NCBI GenBank assembly: GCA_004764695.1
Contig: SMSO01000004.1
Coordinates: forward strand, 434,001 to 498,000
DNA: 64,000 nucleotides
Direction of reading: 5' to 3'
Source: Schizochytrium sp. TIO01
Lineage: Eukaryota > Protista > Bigyra: Labyrinthulomycetes
The notes beneath the pieces were generated by a model. It saw only the letters and a list, made by a program, of their open reading frames with translations, ran no database searches and was not told the DNA's origin. The position numbers and the translations under genes were made by a program. This document shows, piece after piece, positions 9,031 to 17,515 of the stretch; the first letter of the stretch is position 1, and every line of letters begins with the position of its first letter.

Positions 9031-11262
9031 TTAAAATGGATTGACCATCTCATTGATCATCGTTTCAAGCTCCTCCCGCTCGTTACGGAAGAGAGCCATT
9101 GCGTTCTGTGTCATCTTATTAACAACAGAGGCTTTTCCATAGTCGGCAAGGTAGACACGGGGGTTTGTATCACAAGAAACTACCATATGAAAGGCATCCC
9201 AGCTGATTGATCCATACAAAATGCCCTTGTTATGGAGGTGTCCAAGCGCATTGCGCATTTCTTCATGAAGGAATACTTGCATAAGAGCCTCTCTTGGCAT
9301 GTTTGCGAGTGGTGCTCCCTCACGCGCAGTTACCATGATGGTGCGGTCGTTGGAGAATTCACCAGCATATAATAGGTAAGGCGTGCATAGGCCTTGAAGT
9401 TCGCGCAAGGGACCCTTGTACATTTCCATTTCTCGGTGAAAAAGATCGGCGAGTAGTTCATTTTCTTCGTCCAAAATCTTGAGCACGAGAGGGACATCAC
9501 CTATGGTCATGTAAGTCAAGTAGGTGTATCCGTCAGCGCTGAGGTGTGTGTCGCGAAGTTCCCACGGAAACCCAATCACCATACCCGAGAGAGGCAGCTT
9601 ATTGATCAGATCCTTACGCGCCGAGCCTTCATCACCACTTTTCTTCTTATAAATATTGTTCCCGGTGGAGATGATGGTATCTTTCAAACGAATGATAATA
9701 TTGGGCATATCTTGATTGCCCTGCCCTCCAGCGCCAGCACCAGCACCTCCATTACCGCCACCGCCACCTCCAGCAGCACCTCCATTACCGCCACCGCCGC
9801 CGCCACCTCCAGCAGCACCTCCATTGCCACCGCCACCACCTCCAGCAGCACCTCCATTGCCACCACCACCACCACCTCCACCATGGTTGCCATGGTTACC
9901 ATTGTTGTTGTTGTTGGCGGCTTGTATGGCAGCCCACGCGTTTCTTATATCGTTAATGATCACACGTTTGCCACTCCGCGCGGCCTCCGCTATCGATGTC
10001 TCCCTATTAGTAGGGTATGTCGTCCAATACTCGTCTAGGAAACGAAAAAATCTTGAACGAGTATCAATCTCCAAATTACAATTCCCTTCGTCAACTTCAG
10101 ATGCAATTTGAACAAGCATGCTCATCATGATAGCCGTCGGGGAATCCGTTGAACTCTCTGTGCCACACCCTTCGACTCCGGGACTTACAAAGAGACGACC
10201 CTTGTCATCCAGCTTTAAAAACCACGTCATCTCAGCAGTCGTCAGGACCGCGTATTTGGTCTGGTAAGCTACCATGTACCCAACAGTTTGCCACAGGCTA
10301 AACTTGATATTCTTATTTCCTTTAGGAGACTGGATGTCGGCGGTTTCGTCGGTGATACTCCGTTGACTTTGCTGATCATCAGTAAGATTGTTGGGGGGAT
10401 CGACATCTGGTCGTACACAAACACGTGGCTCATATTTACTCCCGTAGTATCCCTTGACAAGATTCCCATAGCTATCGCCTATGCGGGTAATGTACGGTGA
10501 TTGAATGAGATCAGGGGGCTTGACCTCAAGTACGAGTATCACTCTGTCGGGCCTCCCTCTTCCGGCGGACATCGTCACATTGAGATCTGATTGTAGGAGA
10601 ACACTGGACGGTGTTTCATGCTCAAACGCGAACGTCTGAGTCGCCTGGGGGTTTTGCAACATTCTATAATCTGTGAGAACTTTATCCGTAAGCACGCTCC
10701 AGACCTTTTTGGATATTAAAAAGGTCTGCGTGGCTCTCTCAGTGCGATTTAACTCGAATGGGTCAGGGTCTTGTAAAACATCATCTTCACGGAGAGTAAT
10801 CCCGCTGACTTTTAGCCGACCCATGGTCAGGTCGTGCTTGATATCATCTTTAAAATTCATCCAGTGGAGTACTTGAGCGGGAACAGCACGTCCGGGAGCA
10901 GGTGGTCGAGTAAACCTACGTAGTTGGTCGCCGTCATGGTGCACAGCCGTGAACATGCGCTTGTTGATGAGGTAACTGGCAGGGATGTTAGAAGTCGCAC
11001 GTAATCTAAAATGTTGAGCTCTCATCTCGATTTCTTTTTTAACACGACCACTCATGCCCGGCGTTTGAAATATATGCTCTTTTAAAGTTTCGTTTATTGC
11101 TCGACAACGCTCAGGCGTGAGTTGAGCCAACAACATTTCATTAGCATAGCAAGCATACATGCAAACTTGATAAAACCCGTTATCGTAGGTGATATCATCA
11201 GGGGGGGCATTGAGGAGGTCCCTACAAGCCGCCTCTATCTCCTCGTCAGTTACGTCGTCCAT
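9031..11262 (-). CDS. PD-(D/E)xK restriction-endonuclease-fold domain + Gly-rich linker + C-terminal pseudokinase (Crinkler/CR-effector-like architecture)
   Basis: First ATG at 11262. SD...VLEVKPP and QTVGYMVAYQTKYAVLTTAEMTWFL match the CR-REase pattern. Kinase motifs VLKIL, HREMEMY, LHNKGILYGSISWDAF (HGD Asp lost) and LADYG. Confidence 0.75.
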   Translation of the reverse strand: MDDVTDEEIEAACRDLLNAPPDDITYDNGFYQVCMYACYANEMLLAQLTPERCRAINETLKEHIFQTPGMSGRVKKEIEMRAQHFRLRATSNIPASYLINKRMFTAVHHDGDQLRRFTRPPAPGRAVPAQVLHWMNFKDDIKHDLTMGRLKVSGITLREDDVLQDPDPFELNRTERATQTFLISKKVWSVLTDKVLTDYRMLQNPQATQTFAFEHETPSSVLLQSDLNVTMSAGRGRPDRVILVLEVKPPDLIQSPYITRIGDSYGNLVKGYYGSKYEPRVCVRPDVDPPNNLTDDQQSQRSITDETADIQSPKGNKNIKFSLWQTVGYMVAYQTKYAVLTTAEMTWFLKLDDKGRLFVSPGVEGCGTESSTDSPTAIMMSMLVQIASEVDEGNCNLEIDTRSRFFRFLDEYWTTYPTNRETSIAEAARSGKRVIINDIRNAWAAIQAANNNNNGNHGNHGGGGGGGGNGGAAGGGGGGNGGAAGGGGGGGGNGGAAGGGGGGNGGAGAGAGGQGNQDMPNIIIRLKDTIISTGNNIYKKKSGDEGSARKDLINKLPLSGMVIGFPWELRDTHLSADGYTYLTYMTIGDVPLVLKILDEENELLADLFHREMEMYKGPLRELQGLCTPYLLYAGEFSNDRTIMVTAREGAPLANMPREALMQVFLHEEMRNALGHLHNKGILYGSISWDAFHMVVSCDTNPRVYLADYGKASVVNKMTQNAMALFRNEREELETMINEMVNPF

Positions 11263-11344
11263 GGTCAGCAAGGCTCGCGAGGTCTCTTTGATGGTTTGCT
11301 TGACTAATTTGCTGGTGTCCTTGCGCGACCAAGTTTCGTGATCA

Positions 11345-11812
11345 TAGAGTTTTCAGTAACTAGCATTAATTATTATAGTATTCACTATAGGTCACTATTG
11401 TGTGCACGCGCCTGCAAAGGCCATGGTCAGCAACGGTTAGAGTTTTTTGGTAGCTAACATTAGTTGTAATAGTATTCACTATACGATGCTATTGTGTGCA
11501 CAAGTATTCCTATAAGGCCATGGTCAGCAATAGTTAGGGGTTTTGGTAGCTAACATTAGTTGTAATAGTATTCACTATACGATGCTATTGTGTGCACAAG
11601 TATTCCTATAAGGCCATGGTCAGCAATAGTTAGGGGTTTTGGTAGCTAACATTAGTTGTAATAGTATTCACTATACGATGCTATTGTGTGCACAAGTATT
11701 CCTATAAGGCCATGGTCAGCAATAGTTAGAGTTTTTGGTAGCTAACATTAGTTGTAATAGTATTCACTATATGATGCTATCGTGTGCACAAGTATTCCTA
11801 CAAGGCCATGGT
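11345..11812 (+). repeat. 96-bp tandem array (4 near-identical units plus a degenerate unit)
   Basis: CCATGG recurs at 11421, 11518, 11614, 11710 and 11806. Each unit contains the palindromes CCATGG, TAGCTA, TGTGCACA and ATAGT-ATTC-ACTAT. Confidence 0.95.
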
Positions 11813-11861
11813 TGCGTGTGGACGTGTTAATGTGAATAATGTAAGATATTATTATTTTCTT

Positions 11862-13097
11862 TTAATTTAGCGCGAGAGCACGAAAGGCTTGGTCAAGCTT
11901 GTCGAATGTACGATGCTGCGGATCCTCGCGGTCTTTGATGTACTTGAGGATACGTATACACATTACAGGAGTTACATGTGTTTCACATCGAACACTCCAA
12001 AATCCAAAGTGATCATCGATGGCAAATCGGGTAACAAGCAGTTCGCATGCATCTAGATGTGGATATTTGCGCTCTTTGTAACGGGGGGTAACAAGCAGTT
12101 CGTATGCATCTGATACATCTGAATCTGAATATTTGCGCTCTTCGTCACCGAGGGTCACTTTGCATTTGCGTGCATTGATGTTCGTGCGATAACTCCTCAG
12201 AAACGTCACGAGGTCCCAGTCAGTCGGAAAAAAAATCTTTTCGTTCTTTACAAACGCACCAAGATGTTTCATGATTGACCTATTCTCAGGACCCTTGATT
12301 GTCAGCATATGTGCATTGATTTCACAAATGGCTTGTGCAAAATCCTTATTGATGACGGCCTTGCCAATTGAAATAGTCAACCAAAACACACATCGAGGCG
12401 AGTACTCAACCATGGACCTTAAAAACAAGGGCACAAGGCGAAGAGGCAAGTTGTCAGTCTCACCAATGCTGAGCGCGATGAAGCCATACATCGCCAAACT
12501 TGCAATGAAAATCGCAAATTGCTTCACTGTCTCTGGATTCACAGTTGACAAATGAAAGCCGCTCACTTCCAAGCACGGTGTGCCAAAGAGAGTGCAGTAG
12601 CAGGGATCAGTGCGTAATCCTGATGTATGCGTCGAATCCACGAAGAGTCTTAGGAAATCCTTTTTATTTGAAACTTGATGCGGCATCGGGACGATTGGTC
12701 CATAATAGGTATCAGGAGTATCTTCCTCGGATCGAATGAATGTCGCCCTTGCATTCCATGTGAACCCCCCCTGATTCATGAGAACGTCCGCTGCATTTTC
12801 GGAAATCCTTTCATCGGCACACCGCGACCTCGCCAAAGTGGCAAGCGTGTTTGCGTACTTTTGTTCACTCGCTAAATAGGAGCGCCGGGCCGTATATTCA
12901 GCCTCCAGGAGATGCCTCCTTGTAGCCTCATACTCGGGCCCAAAATATTGTAGCAATAAACCACCAGCAGATCCCCACACATGCGATATTTCAAGATCAA
13001 CCAGTGCCAAGCGCGCCTTCTTACAAACTTTAATCCTTGTGTTTGCTTCTTCCCTCTCATTCTCCAACTGCTGTAAAAGAGTTGGGACATCACTCAT
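11862..13097 (-). CDS. Hypothetical protein (411 aa from MSDVPTLL; N-terminal coiled coil; island ORFan)
   Basis: First ATG at 13097; the track's extension to 13319 is translated 23-bp repeats. Internal duplication ERKY...DAYELLVT / ERKY...DACELLVT at 12031-12141. Confidence 0.75.
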   Translation of the reverse strand: MSDVPTLLQQLENEREEANTRIKVCKKARLALVDLEISHVWGSAGGLLLQYFGPEYEATRRHLLEAEYTARRSYLASEQKYANTLATLARSRCADERISENAADVLMNQGGFTWNARATFIRSEEDTPDTYYGPIVPMPHQVSNKKDFLRLFVDSTHTSGLRTDPCYCTLFGTPCLEVSGFHLSTVNPETVKQFAIFIASLAMYGFIALSIGETDNLPLRLVPLFLRSMVEYSPRCVFWLTISIGKAVINKDFAQAICEINAHMLTIKGPENRSIMKHLGAFVKNEKIFFPTDWDLVTFLRSYRTNINARKCKVTLGDEERKYSDSDVSDAYELLVTPRYKERKYPHLDACELLVTRFAIDDHFGFWSVRCETHVTPVMCIRILKYIKDREDPQHRTFDKLDQAFRALALN

Positions 13098-13120
13098 GAT
13101 GTCACAGCAGGGATTGTGGT

Positions 13121-13275
13121 GAAGCAATTGGTGATTTGCCTTTGGAGCAATTGGTGATTTGCCTTTGAAGCAATTGGTGATTTGCCTTTGAAGCAATTGG
13201 TGGTTTGCCTTTGAAGCAATTGGTGATTTTCCTTTGAAGCAATTGGTGGTTTGCCTTTGAAGCAATTGGTGATTT
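13121..13275 (+). repeat. 23-bp tandem array GAAGCAATTGGTGATTTGCCTTT (~6.7 copies)
   Basis: Units start at 13121, 13144, 13167, 13190, 13213, 13236 and 13259, each with at most one substitution. Confidence 0.95.
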
Positions 13276-13670
13276 ACATGTCCGGTGTCACGCCGCATCA
13301 AGAAGCAATACAGGTCCAAAAAGAAACAAAAGCAACACTTTTTTAATAGTAATGATTCTTTTAATTAAAAAAAAAAAAGAATTGTTATTAAACCAATCAC
13401 TAGATGATTTGCCTTTGAAGCAATTGGTGATTTACATGTACGGTGTCACGCCGCATCAAGAAGCAATTCAGGTCCAAAAAGAAACAAAAGCAACACTTTC
13501 TTAATAGTAGTGATTCTTTTAATTTAAAAAAAGAATTGTTATTAAACCAATCACTAGATCTTAAAAAAAGAAACAAAAGCAACACTTTTTAAATAGTAAT
13601 GATTCTTTTAATTAAAAGAATTGTTATTAAACCAATCACTAGATCTTAAAAAAGAAACGAAGGCAGCACT
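13250..13670 (+). repeat. Nested duplications (~155-bp unit twice, then ~85-bp subunit again)
   Basis: Block ...GATTTACATGT.CGGTGTCACGCCGCATCAAGAAGCAAT.CAGGTCCAAAAAGAAACAAAAGCAACAC...CCAATCACTAGAT at ~13250-13405 and ~13406-13560; its second half recurs at ~13561-13645. Confidence 0.9.
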
Positions 13671-13725
13671 ATTTTTATTTTTATTTTTTAAAATAAATAA
13701 ATAAACAAAAATAAAAGATTTAATA

Positions 13726-14655
13726 TCAAATGATTAAAGCAATCGCTGCATCCAAAACCTCATAGAGATCAGGGAAGACTCTTTTAGTTAAAGAGGTTAT
13801 TAAGGCAATTTTTACTATAGTCGTGTCATGATTTAATTTTTGATGATATTTTTCAGGGAAGTCAACATTAAGAGCATTCACTTCTTGTTCAACCTTCGAT
13901 GCCGCAATGAGGAGTTGCATACGCGAATGACTGCGGTCAATAATTGTATTGGCAATATTGGGATCGACTTCATCTTCATGATTGCTGTCTTCTTCTTCTT
14001 CTTCATCATCATCTGATGAGGGTGCTGTGTATGGTGGTGAAGGTGGTGGTGACGGACTAGGTGGTGGAGGCGAAGATGGAGATGATGGGGGTGCTCCGTA
14101 TGGTGGTGAAGGTGGTGGGGACGGGCTAGAGGTGGGCGATGAAGGTGGGAAAACAATAGGTCTGTAATATTGGATGTTGTACATCATTGATTCCAGTGCC
14201 TTGGCATAAAAGCCTCTACTTTGCTTGAGCCCATTAATTTCCAGGCGGAGGGCATTGCCATACAAGGACCATTCAGTGGCTAGACTGGAATTTTGGTCTA
14301 ACAACACAAGCTCATATTCTGCCTCACTAATGTATGTAGCAGTGATTTTAATATAATGGCGTAGCGCTAAAATGAGATCTTTATGTGGGTTTTCGTCCTT
14401 CTCCTCGTGCCTCACTTTTGGTGTCTTGTGTGTATTATTACCTAAACTATCATTATCCACCCCTCGTTTGCCTTGAGTTCTCACCCCACTGGCCTTAGTT
14501 TTGGTTTTGCAATTAGCCTTCGTTGTTGACTTTGACTTTGACTTTGACTTTGACTTTGACTTGGACTTTGACTTTTGCTTTGAGTTTGTATACCTATCAT
14601 CACTATCACCAGACACCTCTGGGGCTGCTGTAGCACCTGCTAACCAATTCCACAT
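13726..14655 (-). CDS. Hypothetical low-complexity protein (309 aa: SK repeats, Pro/Ser tract, acidic tract)
   Basis: ATG at 14655 (MWNWLAG). (KS)n basic tract, PPSSPTSSPSPPPSPP and DDDEEEEED. TATA-like TATATATA about 45 bp upstream. Confidence 0.7.
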   Translation of the reverse strand: MWNWLAGATAAPEVSGDSDDRYTNSKQKSKSKSKSKSKSKSKSTTKANCKTKTKASGVRTQGKRGVDNDSLGNNTHKTPKVRHEEKDENPHKDLILALRHYIKITATYISEAEYELVLLDQNSSLATEWSLYGNALRLEINGLKQSRGFYAKALESMMYNIQYYRPIVFPPSSPTSSPSPPPSPPYGAPPSSPSSPPPPSPSPPPSPPYTAPSSDDDEEEEEDSNHEDEVDPNIANTIIDRSHSRMQLLIAASKVEQEVNALNVDFPEKYHQKLNHDTTIVKIALITSLTKRVFPDLYEVLDAAIALII

Positions 14656-14811
14656 GCTCTTCACAACAAATACATTTAATAATCATCATTCTATATCTAT
14701 ATATATTGAGCGAATTAACAAAAACTTTATGACTTTAAAAAAGAAAGTTATTAGTATATATATTTATTTTTATTTTATTTTTTAAAAGTAAACGACGGTG
14801 TGTCCTCTTAT

Positions 14812-15923
14812 TCAACAACACAGAGGTACTTCTTCAACCTTGAGTGGATATTTGGATACAGGTGAGTATCTTCTTTTGGTGTGCATGGGAGCGTAAAGTT
14901 CCCGTAGCCTTTGCGAAAGAACTTGTAGTGTTTTTTTGGGGGGTTTCAGCATGCAACCCTTCTCACGTAAAAATTTGCAAATGCTTTTGATATCTTTGAG
15001 ATGAGTGATCTCGTCTATGTTAGCCAGGGGCGGGGGAGAGGATGGCACGTTGGGTGGCGGCTGGTTTTCACTTCCCAGGGTTGGTGTAGCCTTCTTCCCT
15101 AACCGTGATTTCTTTGCTTTTGTGTATGCAAAGTGCTGGCCGTGACACTGCTGCTTGTAAGCATGGGCCGTTAGGGGTCGTGTGACCCGAATCTTTGTTG
15201 CAGGGATGCTCTCTGGTGGCTGCGGTTGATCCTTGGCGCGGAGTTTTTTGAGCAAAGAGTTGAATGAGCCAGCAACGAACATAAAGCGAAAGAGGCGTTT
15301 CAATCGACACGAAGCCTTCTCAACTTTTATGGTATCCTCAAAGAAAGTTAGTGCAATGATGTACTTTTTGAGTATCTGATCATCTCTGGCACGATAGCCG
15401 TCAGGATACCAAATCTTCATCTGTGCATCTTGCGAACATCCACAGCAATCTTTTGTAATGCAATTGGAGCATAAAAACTTCTTGCATTGGACACATCTGT
15501 ACAATTTAGAGACCAAGAGAATGTTGATGTCATTGCAACAATCACACACAAAACACCATGGTGAAGTCTTGTTCCAGAGGTACGAGCGGAATAAAGCCAT
15601 ATCTACTTTCGTTTTGGTCCCTGATTCAAGACTCGTCACCTCTACGACCCCCAGGGTCTTTAGTTTACGGCCAGTAGCAAAACCAATGGCTCGAATCTGT
15701 TTAAGTTTATCAAATAGACTCATGGGACAAGTGGTCACATAGTTATTGTCATCAATATCAGGGCACTCTGTGCAGGGATAAGATCCATGGTTAGTACATA
15801 GCTGTTGATTGACTCCCAATAGGGTAGGTAAGTGAGGGTCACATCTGGAAGCATGTACAGGACTGAAGAGACAAGATTTACCATTTGGGCCATGATCATT
15901 TCTAGCGACAGTGTTTTGGTCAA
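14812..15923 (-). CDS. Cys-rich putative zinc-finger protein with basic C-terminus; 5' end uncertain
   Basis: The frame stays open to ~15923, beyond the TTG at 15819. Motifs CTNH..CTEC and CFVCDCC...CVQCKKFLCSNC..CCGC. A possible 4-nt first exon lies at 16005-16008. Confidence 0.65.
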
Positions 15924-16101
15924 CTTAGGTGGCACCATACACTTAATTATATCACATATCTTTGACATGGACGAACCTCTTGTGGAATATGCACGGAGAC
16001 TTACACATAAGCGTGTATAGTAGTATTGATTATTATCAATGAGCTCAGGTGCGGAATGTGGGGTTATTCGGTTCTGGAACTCATGTTTTGTGCATGGGGC
16101 A

Positions 16102-16308
16102 TGAAAGGGTTTCCGAAAACCTTATTCAAGCTCGTACCGCCTCTCTTCAGTCTCTAACCCATTACAATTCTACTAAGCTGCTCTGTAAAAAGGTTAATCA
16201 ATGTTGCTAATAGATTATTCATCGACCCAATTTCATTCAACCAAGAGCGTTTCTCATTAAACTCGGAGCATCCACTGAGCCATCACTAACTAGGTTCCAA
16301 AAGTAAAC
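16102..16308 (+). repeat. 207-bp direct repeat, right copy
   Basis: Matches 4410-4616 except CTCTGTAAA vs CTCTTTAAA, GGTTAATC vs GGTCAATC and GGAGCATC vs GGAACATC. Confidence 0.97.
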
Positions 16309-16640
16309 ATCGGCCATCACCTCAATGTAAAGGGCACGCAGCAGGCCCAAGTAGTCATGCAACGTTCCACCCTTGTATTATACGCCAAAATAACTGCTCG
16401 CAGCGAGGGAGACGTGCTTTATGTCGTACGCAGCACAGTAAATCAGTTTACATAAAATTCTCATAATTATCAGCTTTCTCACCATGGCTTTAGCCTCTTC
16501 GCTCGTACCTTCTCCACGACGATAGCCAGCTCCGCGAGCCTTGAAGGACCTTTTGCGCAGAGCAACTCAAAGCTACTGGGCATCGTTCGCATCCTGGTCA
16601 ATCCTCTGGGCTCATGAGAGAGCCTCGATTCGCACCAAAC
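16102..16640 (-). pseudogene. Decayed reading frame running from the right flank into the repeat (continuing after the left copy, ~4230-4409)
   Basis: Manual translation from 16566 down: VALRKRSFKARGAG...SSYFGV*YKGGTLHDYLGLLRALYIEVMADVYFWNLVSDGSVDAP; over 100 codons with one stop, crossing the 16308 boundary in frame. Confidence 0.4.
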
Positions 16641-17515
16641 CTCCGTGAGCCTACTAACTACACAAAATATCGGCCGGGCGGTCAGTGCCCAGCAGGCCGT
16701 ATCTGAACCTGGTTACCAGCCTGCACGAATCGATGCTGCACGGAGGAGTCATCTTACCTCCACGCTCGGCCCCCATTCTAAAGGAAACCCTCGCCCGAAA
16801 CCCGAAACCGCCTGTTATACACTCATCCTAAAGACCAAAGAACACGGAGGAAACCGCTGCACGCCACAGCGAGAGGCGCCGCGCTGTCCCCAGCCTAAGA
16901 GTCGTCTACCTAAATAACTAATAGTTGCACGGCGATGTGGCGGGCTGTGATCGTCCCACAGTTGAAGAAACCGAACCTCCAAAAGCAAAAAGTAACGCTC
17001 AGAACTGAGAACGGAGTCTTTGGAAAAGCGCGGCGCTTGAACGTGGAGGTCTTTCTAATGCTTCAAGCCCTCGTTGTTTGGGTCGTCCCTTTCGCCTTTT
17101 TGTGCTCTTGTGCATCCTCGTCTTGACAACAGCAGCCATCACCGCCTTTGTCCTGCCTAGGCGTGCTGGGTTGTCTGCCGCACAGGCAGCCAGACCAGAC
17201 TACCTCGGGCTCGGCGGAGTTTCGTGAAGGTTTCGTGAAAGTTTCGTGCCTTTCTGATAGTTTCAAAGTAACTGGAGCTTGCGCAGGAGAAAGAAGCAAA
17301 GTGGTGGCTCAATCTCGTTATTGGGAGGACAGTGAAACGACGAGAAACGAAACTCTTAAATACCAAGGAGCTGGGCAGATAGGTGCTATACAAGGTGGGC
17401 TAGGGCGCTTGCGTTGGGCAGAGGTCAAGATCCTCGAGGGGTCAGCAAACCCCAAACGCCCTTAGGCACGAAGTTAAACCAGAGCTGGAGGCAAGCGACA
17501 TAGCAAGCAGCCAGC

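Larger units (their letters stand above)
4410..16308. mobile_element. Direct-repeat-flanked ~11.5-kb inserted island of virus/episome-like genes; no mobility enzyme recognised
   Basis: Bounded by 207-bp direct repeats. Densely packed, essentially intronless ORFans with short A/T-rich spacers and no host-type GATT/GAAA microsatellites. Fic-like, antirepressor-like and nuclease-kinase genes plus internal tandem arrays. Confidence 0.75.

Noticed and set aside
11345-11812. CRISPR array
   Set aside because: Units are near-identical over their full length with no unique spacers, and there are no cas genes.
13098-13585. N-terminal 74 aa of the 485-aa ORF, and ORF 13400..13585
   Set aside because: Non-ATG starts reading through the 23-bp array and duplicated non-coding blocks.
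4617-16101. Terminal inverted repeats, Helitron ends, or a gene restored by circularising the island
   Set aside because: The ends are not convincingly inverted and lack TC...CTRR termini. Joining the short ORF at 16039-16101 to 4617 is one base out of frame with the Fic-like ORF.
4410-16309. LTR retrotransposon (repeats start TG; right copy is followed by A, giving CA)
   Set aside because: The left copy does not end in CA; no gag, RT or integrase; no 4-6-bp target duplication (TAGAT vs TCGGC); no clear PBS or PPT.
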